A stretch of DNA of 64,000 nt, taken from Candidatus Micrarchaeota archaeon. GTDB taxonomy: Archaea; Micrarchaeota; Micrarchaeia; Norongarragalinales; UBA8480. A model generated the notes under the pieces. That model searched no databases, was not told the DNA's origin, and saw only the letters and a program-made list of their open reading frames with translations. The stretch covers positions 3,407-67,406 of the forward strand of contig JAHFHC010000003.1 in assembly GCA_023247085.1 (NCBI GenBank), read 5' to 3'. The stretch's first letter is position 1; every line of letters starts with the position of its first letter. The position numbers and the translations under genes are program-made. Positions 45,991-57,141 of the stretch are shown in pieces.

Positions 45991-47063
45991 ACTCAGTGGT
46001 TGTTGATATTAAGGGGTTTTTAGAAGGGCAAAGAGATGAAATCGACGCGAAAATAGAGAGTTTAATCCCAAAAAAGTTAACAAAAGCGAATATTGAAAAA
46101 ATATGCGGCAAGCCGCGTTATGCTTATGATGTTGAAACTGCTTCTAAAGCAGTGAATGAGCCGATTTGGGATTTACTTTCTCGCGGTGGAAAACGTTGGC
46201 GGCCAGCGCTTTTCTTATTATCCCACGAGGCGTTTGGTGGCGATAGCAAAAAAGTTTTTGATTTTGTTGTAATTCCAGAAGTAGTTCATAATGGCACATT
46301 GATGGTTGACGATATTGAAGACAATTCAGATCTTAGGCGTGGTAAACCCTGCGTTCACAAAATTTACGGCGTTGATGTGGCAATTAATGCTGGTAATGCC
46401 ATGTATTATCTTCCTCTGTTATCGCTGATGAGAGCCAAGGGAAAATTTCCTGACGCAATGTTGCTGCGTGCTTATGAAATCTATTCTCAGGAAATGATAC
46501 AGTTGTCTTATGGCCAAGGCATGGATATCTGGTGGCATAAAGGAGAAAAGTACAGCGTAAGTGAAGATGAATATTTGCAAATGTGCGCCTACAAGACTGG
46601 AACGCTTGCGCGAATGAGTGCAAAACTTGGTGCTTTGTTTGCAAATGCTTCTGAAAAAGAAATTGAGGCAATTGGGAAATTTGCCGAGAGCATCGGCGTT
46701 GCTTTTCAAATTCAAGATGATATTTTGAACCTTGTAGGTGAACAGTTTTCAAAAGGCAAGGGTGTTGGTGAAGATATTCGTGAAGGCAAGCGTTCATTAA
46801 TTATTATTCATTCGCTTAAACGTGCTGACAAAAAAGACGGTGATCGGCTACGTGCAATTTTACTATCGCGCCCAACTGACCAAAAAGTAGTTGATGAGGC
46901 AATTGCAATTGTCAAGAAATATGATTCAATTCAATATTCCGCCACTCGTGCGAAAGAAATAGTTTACGATGCTTGGAAAGAATTAGCGCCTTTGCTTAAG
47001 CCATCAAAAGCAAAAGATACTTTGAAAGCTTTTGCTGATTATTTGGTTGAACGGAGCATTTGA
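45987..47063 (+). CDS. idsA: Geranylgeranyl diphosphate synthase / trans-polyprenyl synthase
   Basis: First DDxxD (MVDDIEDNSDLRRGKP) and second DDILN motifs. Confidence 0.75.
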   Translation: MNSVVVDIKGFLEGQRDEIDAKIESLIPKKLTKANIEKICGKPRYAYDVETASKAVNEPIWDLLSRGGKRWRPALFLLSHEAFGGDSKKVFDFVVIPEVVHNGTLMVDDIEDNSDLRRGKPCVHKIYGVDVAINAGNAMYYLPLLSLMRAKGKFPDAMLLRAYEIYSQEMIQLSYGQGMDIWWHKGEKYSVSEDEYLQMCAYKTGTLARMSAKLGALFANASEKEIEAIGKFAESIGVAFQIQDDILNLVGEQFSKGKGVGEDIREGKRSLIIIHSLKRADKKDGDRLRAILLSRPTDQKVVDEAIAIVKKYDSIQYSATRAKEIVYDAWKELAPLLKPSKAKDTLKAFADYLVERSI

Positions 47064-47107
47064 ATAAATTTGGATAATTGCGCTGTTTTTGTTGAGTTGA
47101 TTTAATT

Positions 47108-48742
47108 ATGTCCGTTATTTTAGAAAAAGTTATTCGCAAACACGTTTTGAAAAACGCATTTGACTACGGGAAAGCACAAGCTGGCGGAGTTGTTGGAAAA
47201 GTAATTGCAGAAAACCCAGATGCAAAAAACGACATGAAAGTCACAATGCAACTTATTGGTAAAGTTGTAGCTGAAGTAAACAAGCTTTCAAAGTTAGAAA
47301 TTGAAAAGCAAATGGATTCATTTACGTATGTTGAGAAAAAAGAAGAAGAGAAGCGAATTGTTTTTCCAAATGCAGAAGTTGGTAAGGTGATTGTGCGTTT
47401 ACCTCCAGAGCCAAATGGCTATTCGCATATTGGGCATGCAAAGGCATTTTTCCTCTCGTGGACTGGCGCGCGCGAATATAGTGGAAAAGTTATTTTGCGT
47501 TGGGATGACACTAACCCTGAGGCAGAGAAGCAAGAGTTTGTTGACGCGATTAAAGAGGGTATAACTTGGCTTGGAATAGATTGGGATGAAGAAGTTTATT
47601 GTTCGGATTGGATGCCGCGCTTGTATGAATTAAACGAAATGCTAATTGCGCAAGGCGATGCATATGTTTGTCAGTGTAGTCAAGATGCAATCGGCCAAGG
47701 CAGGGAAAAGAAAATCCGCTGCAAGTGTGTTGACTATTCACAAAAAGAACAGCTCGACAAATGGAAGGGGATGTTGGAGAAAAAAATAAAAAAAGGCGAG
47801 GCAGTTGTGCGATTAAAAGGGGACATGTCGAGCCTCAATACGGTTATGCGTGATCCAACTTTGTGGAGGATAATTGATTCGCCCCATTATAGGCAAGGAA
47901 AAAAGTATTGTGTTTGGCCCACTTATGACTTTCAAGGTTCAGTAATGGATTCGCTTCTTGGAGTGACTCATGCGCTTCGCAGCAAGGAATACGAGCTGCG
48001 TGACGAGCTTTACTTTTACTTACTTGACAAGCTAAACCTGCGTAAACCAACACTAATCACTATTTCTAGGTTGTCCCTTGCTAATACGCCGATTTCAAAA
48101 CGTTTACTTCGTCCACTTGTTGAAAGCGGTAAATTATGGGGGTGGGATGACCCTCGTTTGCCAACGCTTGCAGGCTTACGTCGGCGGGGCGTTACGCCAA
48201 AGGCAATTAAAGATTTTGTACTGTCGTTTGGCATCAGCAAAGTTGAAAGTAACCCTTCGTGGGATAGACTGCTCTCGTCTAATAAAAAAGAATTGCTTGA
48301 TTCGCCACACTATTTTTTTGTTCCTGAACCAGTACAATTGAAAATTGGAAAAGAAACGATTTACATTCCAGCTTTTGATGCAGGTGAATTAAAAGTCGGG
48401 GAAGTTTTTCGGTTAAAGAATAGTTTCAATGTAAAAGTGAAAAAGAAAGATGCGAAAACTAGGGTGATTGACGGCGAAAACGTCGGCAATGCCTTACTAG
48501 GAGATACGAAAAAAGTACAGTGGGTAGGTGCAGATGGGATTAAGTGCACGCTTTATGTTCCTGGTTTGTTGTTCGATGACAAAGAATCGTTTAATGAAAA
48601 TAGTTTACAGGAAATAACTGGTTTATGTCAAAAAGAATGTGCGAGTTTGAAAGTAGGCGAAGTAGTGCAGTTCGAACGCGTTGGGTTTGCAAGGCTTGAC
48701 AAGAAAACGAAAACAAAACTAGAATTTATTCAATCGACATAG
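47108..48742 (+). CDS. gltX: Glutamyl-tRNA synthetase (archaeal/eukaryotic type)
   Basis: RLPPEPNGYSHIGHAKA (HIGH) ... ILRWDDTNPE...WLGIDWD. Confidence 0.75.
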   Translation: MSVILEKVIRKHVLKNAFDYGKAQAGGVVGKVIAENPDAKNDMKVTMQLIGKVVAEVNKLSKLEIEKQMDSFTYVEKKEEEKRIVFPNAEVGKVIVRLPPEPNGYSHIGHAKAFFLSWTGAREYSGKVILRWDDTNPEAEKQEFVDAIKEGITWLGIDWDEEVYCSDWMPRLYELNEMLIAQGDAYVCQCSQDAIGQGREKKIRCKCVDYSQKEQLDKWKGMLEKKIKKGEAVVRLKGDMSSLNTVMRDPTLWRIIDSPHYRQGKKYCVWPTYDFQGSVMDSLLGVTHALRSKEYELRDELYFYLLDKLNLRKPTLITISRLSLANTPISKRLLRPLVESGKLWGWDDPRLPTLAGLRRRGVTPKAIKDFVLSFGISKVESNPSWDRLLSSNKKELLDSPHYFFVPEPVQLKIGKETIYIPAFDAGELKVGEVFRLKNSFNVKVKKKDAKTRVIDGENVGNALLGDTKKVQWVGADGIKCTLYVPGLLFDDKESFNENSLQEITGLCQKECASLKVGEVVQFERVGFARLDKKTKTKLEFIQST

Positions 48743-48752
48743 GGAAATCTAA

Positions 48753-48968
48753 ATGACTGTAATAAAATCTAAAACCCCGGGGTATTGGCTTTTGATAGCT
48801 AGTCCTGCTATACTTTTGGTAGCTGTAGTAGTAGCTTATGCTTATGTGATTTGGTTTAATAGTTTGAGTGCAGTTTTTAGAGTGTTAGCGCCGATATTTG
48901 TGGTAATTCTTGGGTATGTTGGATACGTTGGAATAACCGTATTGTTGAAAAATGGTTTTCCAACTTAA
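48753..48968 (+). CDS. Small two-helix membrane protein
   Basis: 71 aa, hydrophobic. Confidence 0.25.
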   Translation: MTVIKSKTPGYWLLIASPAILLVAVVVAYAYVIWFNSLSAVFRVLAPIFVVILGYVGYVGITVLLKNGFPT

Positions 48969-49025
48969 AGCTAAGTTTTAGTCAAGCAATCGGCTAAAAA
49001 ACTTTTTCTTCTTATATGTTATAAA

Positions 49026-51308
49026 ATGGTTTTCGATTTTGATTTAATTAAGTCATTTTACGCTTCTTTGCCCTCTAGAATCCAAGCCTGCAGAAAAGCA
49101 GTTGGCCGCCCGCTTACGTTAACTGAAAAAATACTTTATACTCATTTAGTTCAAGGCAACTGTACAACTGAATACGCGCGTCAAGTTGACTATGTTGACT
49201 TTGCTCCTGACCGCGTTGCAATGCAAGATGCAACAGCACAAATGGCGCTCCTTCAATTCATGCAAGCCGGAAGAAAAAAAGTTGCGATTCCAACAACCGT
49301 TCACTGTGATCATTTAATAGTTGCAAGTGAAGGTGGACAAAAGGACCTCTCTGCTGCGCTTGTAAAAAACAAAGAAGTGTTCGACTTTTTGTCGTCTGTT
49401 TCGAACAAGTATGGGATTGGCTTTTGGAAGCCGGGTGCTGGAATCATTCACCAAGTTATTTTAGAGAACTACGCGTTTCCTGGCGGTTTAATGATTGGAA
49501 CTGATTCGCACACTGTAAACGCAGGCGGTTTAGGAATGGTAGCCATAGGGGTAGGCGGTGCAGATGCGTGTGACGTAATGGCGGGTTTGCCGTGGGAGTT
49601 AAAATTTCCGAAACTAATTGGCATAAAATTAACTGGTAAATTAAGCGGTTGGGCTTCTGCAAAAGACGTTATTCTAAAAATTGCGAGCATACTTACAGTT
49701 AAAGGGGGAACTGATGCAATTCTTGAATATTTCGGCGACGGAGCAAACAGCGTTTCATGTACTGGCAAAGGGACAATCTGCAACATGGGTGCAGAGATTG
49801 GTGCAACAACGTCTCTTTTTGGTTATGATGAAAAAATGGCCGAGTATTTGCGCGGTACTGGAAGAAAAGAAATCGCAGACGCTGCGGATAGCGTTGCAGA
49901 GCACTTGGTCGCCGATGAAGATGTTTACAATAATCCAGAAAAGTATTTTGACCAAGTGATTGAAATCAATTTAAGTGAACTTGAACCACACATTAATGGT
50001 CCATTTACTCCAGATCTAGCGTGGCCGGTTTCCAAATTTGCAGAAGCGGCAAAACAAAACAATTGGCCAGAGAAACTTGAAGTTGGGCTAATTGGCTCCT
50101 GTACTAATTCTTCTTACGAAGACATCACTAGATCAGCTTCAATTGCTAAAAGTGCAGCTGTAAATGGATTGCGATTCAAAAGCGAGTTTACAGTTACTCC
50201 GGGGTCAGAACAAATTCGTGCAACTGTACAGCGTGACGGGTACTTGCAGTGTTTTGAAGAAATTGGCGGGGTTGTACTTGCTAATGCTTGTGGCCCTTGC
50301 ATTGGTCAATGGGCGCGGCATTCAAATGACCCGCAACGCAAGAATTCAATTATGACTAGCTTCAACCGGAATTTTGCAAAACGAAACGATGGCAACCCCA
50401 ATACGCATGCATTTGTAGCTTCACCTGAAATCACAACTGCATTTGCAATAGCCGGAAAACTAACTTTCAATCCGCTTACTGACTATTTAGAAAACGAGCG
50501 CGGTGAAAAAGTTAAACTTGCTGAGCCACAAGGGATTGAGTTCCCACCAAATGGATTTGCCACTGGAGAAGCTGGTTATCAACCCCCTGCAAGTGATGGT
50601 TCAATGATACAACTAGTTGTTTCTCCAACTTCGGATCGCTTGCAATTACTTGCTCCGTTTCCAGCTTGGCAAGGCAGTGACTTAGTTGGCTTAAAACTAT
50701 TGATAAAAGTTAAAGGTAAATGCACGACTGACCACATTTCAATGGCAGGCTCATGGTTAAAGTACCGCGGGCATTTAGATAACATTTCCAACAACTTGTT
50801 AATTGGCGCGGTTAATTCATTTAATGACAAAACCGACAACGTCAAAAATCAACTAGAGTCAACTGAGAATAATCCTGTTTACGAAAGTGTGCCGAAGGTT
50901 CAACGTGCTTACAAAGCAGCTGGAATTGGTTCACTTGTTGTAGGTGAAGAGAATTACGGTGAAGGTTCGTCGCGCGAACACGCTGCAATGGAGCCCAGGT
51001 TTTTAGGAGTAAAGGCAATTCTAGTAAAAAGCTTCGCGAGGATTCACGAAACTAATTTAAAGAAACAAGGGATGTTAGCCTTGACATTTGTCGATAAGTC
51101 GGATTACAATAAAATACAAGAAGACGATGAAATTGACTTGATCGGTTTAACTGAATTCGCGCCCGGCAAGCCATTGCAAGCCGTTCTTCACCACTCCGAC
51201 GGCACAATTGAAACGTTTCCAGTTAATCACACTTATAACCCGCAGCAAATAGCGTGGTTCAAAGCAGGTGGGGCGTTGAACATAATCAGGCAAAATGCAT
51301 GCGATTAA
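49026..51308 (+). CDS. acn: Aconitate hydratase (aconitase family, ~760 aa mitochondrial-type)
   Basis: [29 protein letters not shown] and SFNRNF motifs. Confidence 0.8.
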   Translation: MVFDFDLIKSFYASLPSRIQACRKAVGRPLTLTEKILYTHLVQGNCTTEYARQVDYVDFAPDRVAMQDATAQMALLQFMQAGRKKVAIPTTVHCDHLIVASEGGQKDLSAALVKNKEVFDFLSSVSNKYGIGFWKPGAGIIHQVILENYAFPGGLMIGTDSHTVNAGGLGMVAIGVGGADACDVMAGLPWELKFPKLIGIKLTGKLSGWASAKDVILKIASILTVKGGTDAILEYFGDGANSVSCTGKGTICNMGAEIGATTSLFGYDEKMAEYLRGTGRKEIADAADSVAEHLVADEDVYNNPEKYFDQVIEINLSELEPHINGPFTPDLAWPVSKFAEAAKQNNWPEKLEVGLIGSCTNSSYEDITRSASIAKSAAVNGLRFKSEFTVTPGSEQIRATVQRDGYLQCFEEIGGVVLANACGPCIGQWARHSNDPQRKNSIMTSFNRNFAKRNDGNPNTHAFVASPEITTAFAIAGKLTFNPLTDYLENERGEKVKLAEPQGIEFPPNGFATGEAGYQPPASDGSMIQLVVSPTSDRLQLLAPFPAWQGSDLVGLKLLIKVKGKCTTDHISMAGSWLKYRGHLDNISNNLLIGAVNSFNDKTDNVKNQLESTENNPVYESVPKVQRAYKAAGIGSLVVGEENYGEGSSREHAAMEPRFLGVKAILVKSFARIHETNLKKQGMLALTFVDKSDYNKIQEDDEIDLIGLTEFAPGKPLQAVLHHSDGTIETFPVNHTYNPQQIAWFKAGGALNIIRQNACD

Positions 51309-51467
51309 TTGCCGAATATTTTATTCAGTTACCTTCCGCATGTTATTTATACCTTCTTCTCACTATTTTGTAAGCAAAGCACAGGATTCTGTTTTCAGTT
51401 TTTCATGACTGTGTGTTTGTATGTTAATAAAAAACCAATGAGAGTAATTTGAGGTGTAGATTGTATT

Positions 51468-51845
51468 ATGGCTAAATCTTTTGTTAAATTCCAAACCCCT
51501 GCAGATGCACAAGCCAAGGCATTACAGGTAATTGAAGCTGCCAAAGCAGTGAATGCTTGTCGAAAAGGCACTAATGAAGCAACCAAGGCAATTGAACGCG
51601 GAGAAGCGAAGCTAGTTATAATCGCTGAAGATGTTGACCCAGAAGAAATCGTAATGCACTTACCTTCTATTTGTACTGAGCGAGCAATTGCTTTCCTCTA
51701 TGTAGCTTCTAAAAAAGATTTAGGCAATGCCGCTGGATTAAAAGTAGGCACAGCTGCAGTTGCAGTTACTGCTGCTGGCAATGCTGAAAGCACTTTGAAA
51801 GAGTTAACAACTAAATTTGCTCCTGGAAAAGTTGAAAAGAGTTGA
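51468..51845 (+). CDS. rpl7ae: 50S ribosomal protein L7Ae (k-turn binding)
   Basis: CRKGTNEATKAIERGEAKLVIIAEDVDPEEIVMHLPSICTE. Confidence 0.8.
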   Translation: MAKSFVKFQTPADAQAKALQVIEAAKAVNACRKGTNEATKAIERGEAKLVIIAEDVDPEEIVMHLPSICTERAIAFLYVASKKDLGNAAGLKVGTAAVAVTAAGNAESTLKELTTKFAPGKVEKS

Positions 51846-51855
51846 AAATCATTAA

Positions 51856-52323
51856 ATGATAACTGAAAATTCAGTAGTTACAAACCAAGAACCTCAAGAT
51901 AGCCCTGCAGAGGCAAATTCAGTTGAAAAACCCCTTGAAAAGCCAACTGCACATAAAGTTGAAAAACCACAATCGCATAAAACGGATAAATCTGACAAGC
52001 CAGTTGCCAAAACCACTAGTGGCGACAAATCTGCTAATAAGTCTTCTGATTCACAAGCTCCACAGCCTCAAGCGCAGGCACCTGTTATTGAAATTGAAGG
52101 GGTTGTATCGCAAGTTATTGAAATCGTTGGCAAAACTGGGGTTTTTGGTGAAGTTAATCAAGTGCTATGCAAAGTGCTTTCTGGCAGGGATAAAGGTCGA
52201 ATTTTGCGCCGTAATGTCAAAGGGCCAGTTCGAGTAGATGATTATTTAGTGTTATCAGAAAGCGAACGTGAAGCGCGTCCGCTTAGACAAAAGAAAAAAC
52301 CGCTTACTGCGACTAGCAGATAA
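51856..52323 (+). CDS. rps28e: 30S ribosomal protein S28e with ~85-aa low-complexity N-terminal extension
   Basis: The C-terminal 70 aa, [59 protein letters not shown], is S28e. The N-terminus is K/P/Q/S-rich and there is no alternative in-frame start before the S28e domain. Confidence 0.65.
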   Translation: MITENSVVTNQEPQDSPAEANSVEKPLEKPTAHKVEKPQSHKTDKSDKPVAKTTSGDKSANKSSDSQAPQPQAQAPVIEIEGVVSQVIEIVGKTGVFGEVNQVLCKVLSGRDKGRILRRNVKGPVRVDDYLVLSESEREARPLRQKKKPLTATSR

Positions 52324-52328
52324 GTGAT

Positions 52329-52514
52329 TTGAAGGCGAGATTGTTTAATATGGTAAAATGTTCATTTTGTTCAAACGAAACTGCAGTTGGGCGAGGTATT
52401 CGAATATTCAAGCGAGATGGCTCTTCTAACTTTTTTTGTTCAAAGAAATGTGAACGCAATTTCGATTTGAATCGCAAACCATCTAAACTAAAGTGGACAA
52501 ATAAGTCTAAGTAA
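52329..52514 (+). CDS. rpl24e: 50S ribosomal protein L24e
   Basis: CSFCSNETAVGRGIRIFKRDGSSNFFCSKKCERNF...RKPSKLKWT. This completes the conserved L7Ae-S28e-L24e cluster. Confidence 0.65.
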   Translation: MKARLFNMVKCSFCSNETAVGRGIRIFKRDGSSNFFCSKKCERNFDLNRKPSKLKWTNKSK

Positions 52515-52517
52515 TTT

Positions 52518-55007
52518 TTGGGGCGTCTATTAATTCAAATGGCTCTTTCTCAACGTCCTGATTCAATTGCCCTTCAAAAAAAGTGGACAAAGAAATGGGA
52601 CGAGGCTGAAATTTACAAGTACGATAGCCGCAGCAAAGCGCCTGTTTTTTCAATTGACTCTCCTCCGCCTTTTACTTCGGGCGCATTGCATATGGGGCAC
52701 GTGTTGTCTTACTCGTTTTTTGATTTTGCAGCGCGTTTTAAGCGAATGACTGGCTTCAATGTTTTTTACCCGCAGGGTTGGGATTGCCAAGGTTTTCCAA
52801 CTGAAGTGAAAGTTGAAAAATTGCAAAGCAAAGACAATAAAGACGGCAAGGAAAGCAAAGGTGCAAAAGACGGTAAGAGTGGAAAAGATGATAAAAGCGG
52901 AAAGCCGAAGTTAACGCGCCAAGAGTTCAAAAAGAAATGCATTGAATTTACGCTTGAAAATATTGATAAGATGAAGATGCAAATGATTCGCATGGGCTTT
53001 TCGCCTGACTGGAGTCAAGAATATCGCACGATTGACCCTTCTTATCACAAGAAAGTACAGCTTTCAGTTTTGCAAATGTACGAAAAAGGTTTAGTTTACC
53101 GCCAGAAGCACCCGGTGCTTTTCTGTATTCATTGTCAAAGTGCAATTGCAAAAGCAGAAACAGAGGATTTACAGCGTGAAACTAAATTAAATTACATAAA
53201 CTTTTCAGTTGAAGGGGCGCCGTTGTCAGTTGCAACGACTCGGCCAGAATTACTTCATGCTTGTGTTGCTGTTCTAGTAAATCCAAGTGATGAGCGATTC
53301 AAAAAATTAGTTGGCAAAAAGGCAATTACGCCATTGTACAACAAAGAAGTGCCTATAATTTCCGACAATGAGGTTGACCAGACTTTTGGAACTGGTGTTG
53401 TTATGGTGTGTACGTTTGGAGATAAGACTGACGTAGCGTGGATGTACCGGCACTCGCTGCCGTTTATTGAAGCTTTTGATAACCGCGGCAAATTGCTGAA
53501 TGCCGAAGAATTTACTGGCGTAAAAATTGTTGAAGCGCGAGAGAAGATAATTGAAAAACTTAAGGCACTTGAGCTAGTTACGCGCCAGGAGTCAACGCAA
53601 CAAGTGGTAAAGCTCCATGATCGTTGCAATAAGCCTGCTGAATTTATTTCAAGTGTGCAGTGGTTCATGAAATTACGCGATTGGCAGGATAAGATTAAGC
53701 GTGCAGCTACTGAAGATATGCAGTGGTTCCCGCAATTTTCTGTTCAGTATTTAATTGACTGGGCTAATTTTGTTGAATATGATTGGGTGATTTCACGACA
53801 GCGTATTTACGGTACTCCGCTTCCATTTTGGTACTGTGAAGGGTGCGGTGCAATTTATACTCCAAAAGAATCAGAGCTCCCAGTTGACCCTGCATTGCAT
53901 GAATATAATAAAAAGAAATGTGATTGCGGTGGGCAAATAATTGGCGAGTCATCGGTTTGCGATTGTTGGATTGACTCCAGCATAACTCCACTCGTTATTG
54001 CCGGTTGGCCTGACGGAGATTATGAAAAACTTTACCCCGCTACTCTGCGGCCACAAGGGCTAGAAATTATCCGAACTTGGGCATTTTATTCCATTTACCG
54101 TTGTCTAGCACTTACTGGCAAATCGCCATTTAAAGAAGTATTGATCAACGGAAGTGTACTTGGTACAGATGGCAAGAAGATGAGTAAAAGCCTCGGTAAT
54201 TTTGAAGACCCAGAAGCGCTTCTTGCTAAGTTTCCAGCTGATTCATTGCGTCAATGGGCGGCATTGTCAGGCGCATTAGCAAAAGACCGGCCATTTTCTT
54301 ATAAGGATATTGAATATGCCAATTCGTTTGTTACAAAATTATGGAATGCAGCTAATTTTGTTGACAAGGCACTTGAAGGCTACAAGCCTGAAAAAAGCAA
54401 CAAAGCACACAATTTTTCAATAACCGACAAGTGGATACTCGCGGAGCTTGACAAGACAATTGAAGTCGTTACTCGGTCAATGCACGAGTATGATTACTAT
54501 GCGGCTATTAGTGCAATTCATTCTTTCTTCCGCTTGTCTTTCTGCGACTACTATTTAGAGGATGTAAAATACCGCATTTATGAAGAAGCGGAAAATAAAG
54601 CCGAAGCGCAATACTGCCTGAAAACAGTTCTAGGAGCAACATTAAAACTCATCGCTCCATTCGCTCCATTTATATCAGAAGAGTTGTTCCACGAGTTAGG
54701 TTTTGCTAAAGAAGAAAAAGTTGAGTCAATACACGTTTCAAAGTGGCCAACGCCAACTGGTTTTGAAATCGACGAAGAAACCGGCAAACTCGCTTCGCTA
54801 TTACATGACTTAATCAGCCAGTCAAGAAAATTTCGAAGTTCCAAACAAATTGGGCTAAATGAACCCATCGAAAGCCTTGAAATTGGGCTTCCCGAAGAGC
54901 TTATAAGCAACTTTAGTGACATAAAATTAGACTTGTCTAAAATAGCTAGGATTAAAACCCTTGATGTTTCAAGTAAAAAAGAACTAACTACGCAGTTCAA
55001 AGTTTAA
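52518..55007 (+). CDS. valS: Valyl-tRNA synthetase (class I) with a Lys/Asp/Gly-rich low-complexity insertion
   Basis: PPPFTSGALHMGHVLSY (HIGH), RFKRMTGFNVFYPQGWDCQGFPTEVKVEK and KMSKSLGN. The insertion SKDNKDGKESKGAKDGKSGKDDKSGKPK follows the first catalytic segment. LeuRS or IleRS is less likely given the length and motifs. Confidence 0.55.
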   Translation: MGRLLIQMALSQRPDSIALQKKWTKKWDEAEIYKYDSRSKAPVFSIDSPPPFTSGALHMGHVLSYSFFDFAARFKRMTGFNVFYPQGWDCQGFPTEVKVEKLQSKDNKDGKESKGAKDGKSGKDDKSGKPKLTRQEFKKKCIEFTLENIDKMKMQMIRMGFSPDWSQEYRTIDPSYHKKVQLSVLQMYEKGLVYRQKHPVLFCIHCQSAIAKAETEDLQRETKLNYINFSVEGAPLSVATTRPELLHACVAVLVNPSDERFKKLVGKKAITPLYNKEVPIISDNEVDQTFGTGVVMVCTFGDKTDVAWMYRHSLPFIEAFDNRGKLLNAEEFTGVKIVEAREKIIEKLKALELVTRQESTQQVVKLHDRCNKPAEFISSVQWFMKLRDWQDKIKRAATEDMQWFPQFSVQYLIDWANFVEYDWVISRQRIYGTPLPFWYCEGCGAIYTPKESELPVDPALHEYNKKKCDCGGQIIGESSVCDCWIDSSITPLVIAGWPDGDYEKLYPATLRPQGLEIIRTWAFYSIYRCLALTGKSPFKEVLINGSVLGTDGKKMSKSLGNFEDPEALLAKFPADSLRQWAALSGALAKDRPFSYKDIEYANSFVTKLWNAANFVDKALEGYKPEKSNKAHNFSITDKWILAELDKTIEVVTRSMHEYDYYAAISAIHSFFRLSFCDYYLEDVKYRIYEEAENKAEAQYCLKTVLGATLKLIAPFAPFISEELFHELGFAKEEKVESIHVSKWPTPTGFEIDEETGKLASLLHDLISQSRKFRSSKQIGLNEPIESLEIGLPEELISNFSDIKLDLSKIARIKTLDVSSKKELTTQFKV

Positions 55008-55024
55008 AGAGAATTGATATTTAA

Positions 55025-55477
55025 ATGGCTAGACTACATACGCACAAACGGGGCAAATCCCGTTCACACAAACCAACAAACAGCAACGCAGCTAAATGGG
55101 TTGACTACTCTGAAGATGAGATAATTGGCTTTGTCGAACAATTTGCAAAACAAGGTAAAACAGAAGCAGAAATCGGTCTTCTTTTACGTGATCAATACGG
55201 ATTAGCTAGTGTAAAGCTATTAACCGGCAAGACGATTTCACAAATCCTAAAAGCAAAGAACTTAACCCCAAAGTACCCCTCTGACTTAATTGCGCTTCTC
55301 AAAAAAGCAGTTAATTTAATGGAACACTTAAAAACAAACCACGGTGACAAATCAAACCGCATTAAGCTAAGCCACGTTGAGTCAAAAATCAAACGCTTAG
55401 TCAAGTATTACCGCGGAAAACAACTACCGGCAAAGTGGAAGTACGATCCAGAAACCGCTGCGCTAATCGTTAAGTAG
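55025..55477 (+). CDS. rps15: 30S ribosomal protein S15 (uS15 / S13e)
   Basis: MARLHTHKRGKSRSHKP...KW...EE...GLLLRDQYGLASVK...KYYRG...LPAKWKY. Confidence 0.75.
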   Translation: MARLHTHKRGKSRSHKPTNSNAAKWVDYSEDEIIGFVEQFAKQGKTEAEIGLLLRDQYGLASVKLLTGKTISQILKAKNLTPKYPSDLIALLKKAVNLMEHLKTNHGDKSNRIKLSHVESKIKRLVKYYRGKQLPAKWKYDPETAALIVK

Positions 55478-55520
55478 CATAATGTATGTTTCATATTTAG
55501 TTATTTTTTTTTATTTTTAC
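55478..55520 (+). terminator. Oligo-T tract after rps15
   Basis: TTAGTTATTTTTTTTTATTTTTACG directly downstream of the stop. Confidence 0.3.
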
Positions 55521-55546
55521 GTTTATCATGAGTGTGATTATAGAAA

Positions 55547-56263
55547 ATGGCAGTTAAGAAAAAAGCAATTGACACGTGGAAAACAAAGCAATGGTTTTCA
55601 CTAGTAGCGCCAAAGCTATTCAACGAAGCAGAAGTAGCGCAAGTTCCAGCACAAGATCCACAACACTTACTAAACCGTATAATTGAACTTCCACTAAAAG
55701 AAATCACAAAAGAACTCGCACACATGTATATCAACGTTAAATTGCGTGTAGAAGACGTGCGTGGAAAAAACGCTTACACTAAATTCATTGGCCACGCGTT
55801 GGCAAGAGAACACGTGCAAGCATTAGGGCGGAGAAACCGTTCCATGCTGTATCTAGTTCTTTCCACTAAATCTGCAGATGGAGTTGAATTTTCAGTAAAA
55901 GCATTAGTTGTTACAAACGGCAAAGCAAGTGCAGCTCAACGCCAATCCCTGCGCCAAACCCTTCGCGAATACTTATCTCAAAAGATCGCCAAGCAAGACT
56001 TCGGCAAATTCATTCAAGAAGTACTGTACGGCAAAGTGAGCTCTGAACTAAACGGCGTCTTAAAGAAAATCTATCCAATTAAACGCGTTGAACTATACAA
56101 AACACAGTTAGTTGAGGTATTCGACGTTGAAAACGTTGAAGAATCAGAACAACACGCTGCACCAGCACAAACTGAAGCAACGCAAGCAGAAGAAACTCAA
56201 ACGCAAAACGAATCTACAACTATGCCAGAAGAAAGCGAAATACCAGCAGAAAATACAGCTTAA
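55547..56263 (+). CDS. rps3ae: 30S ribosomal protein S3Ae (eS1) with acidic C-terminal tail
   Basis: KKAIDTWKTKQWFSLVAPKLFNEAEVAQ...YINVKLRVEDV. Confidence 0.75.
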   Translation: MAVKKKAIDTWKTKQWFSLVAPKLFNEAEVAQVPAQDPQHLLNRIIELPLKEITKELAHMYINVKLRVEDVRGKNAYTKFIGHALAREHVQALGRRNRSMLYLVLSTKSADGVEFSVKALVVTNGKASAAQRQSLRQTLREYLSQKIAKQDFGKFIQEVLYGKVSSELNGVLKKIYPIKRVELYKTQLVEVFDVENVEESEQHAAPAQTEATQAEETQTQNESTTMPEESEIPAENTA

Positions 56264-56331
56264 TTTCTCTATTTTTTAATTTTTTGCTTCTAACTCTCTT
56301 ACTTTTTAAAATGAGTCTAAATTCTTTGAAA

Positions 56332-57141
56332 TTACTTATTCATTAACTGTTTCAAAGTTTGCGTGACGTGTGGATTCTTTAGCCATAACCCGACTTCGTC
56401 GTCTGGGTGGGTTTGTTCGTTTGTTAAAAAGAGTAACGCTTGGTCATCAGCTAATACGAATCGGGTTGGTAATGCTGTTGAGCTAGTTGTGTGTGCTAGG
56501 GTTGTTACTTCTGGAGCCATTTTAGGCGATACTATGTGTATTTTTGCGCCGCGTTGCTTTGCCTCTTGTAGTAATGCGCCGTGGGCTTTCATTTTTTGTT
56601 GTAGCCCAGTTTGACTTGAGCTGATTACGATATGTTGTTTTGCGTCGGCTAACATTGAAGCTAATTTAGAATTAATTGCATCTTTGCCTTTTAGTGTCCA
56701 GACATTATCTTCAATTGCATAGCCTTCAACAAGCGAACCTGCTTTGATTTTTGTTTGCATTGCTTTGCTTAAATCATCAAAGTGAAGGAATTGTTTGTCA
56801 AGTTCTGCACGCTTTTGTTTTTTAAGCGTGTCAATGGCTTCTCTAATTGGCAGCGCAGAGTACTTAACCGGTCTACCTGGCCGAAGCACTACGAATCCTT
56901 GATCCTGCAAGCTTGTTAAGACGTCATATACTCTTGGTCTAGGTAATGCTGCGCGGTTAGCTAGTTCTCCTGCGGTGCAAGTTGTAGATGCAGCTAGTGC
57001 ATAGTATGCCTTTGCTTCATATTCGTTTAAGCCCAGGCTACGTAAATGAGAAATTACGTCGGTGTTCTTAGAGATGATTGGCATTGCACTCCCACTAGTA
57101 TTAGTTTTGGAGGCTTTTAAACTATCTGCATCGGCGGTCAT
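56332..57141 (-). CDS. TrmB-family transcriptional regulator
   Basis: N-terminal wHTH LGLNEYEAKAYYALAASTTCTAGELANRAALPRPRVYDVLTSLQDQGFV. A C-terminal sensor-like domain follows. Confidence 0.55.
   Translation of the reverse strand: MTADADSLKASKTNTSGSAMPIISKNTDVISHLRSLGLNEYEAKAYYALAASTTCTAGELANRAALPRPRVYDVLTSLQDQGFVVLRPGRPVKYSALPIREAIDTLKKQKRAELDKQFLHFDDLSKAMQTKIKAGSLVEGYAIEDNVWTLKGKDAINSKLASMLADAKQHIVISSSQTGLQQKMKAHGALLQEAKQRGAKIHIVSPKMAPEVTTLAHTTSSTALPTRFVLADDQALLFLTNEQTHPDDEVGLWLKNPHVTQTLKQLMNK

Noticed and set aside
51923-52237. Alternative-frame 104-aa ORF inside rps28e.
   Set aside because: Out of frame with the conserved S28e domain.
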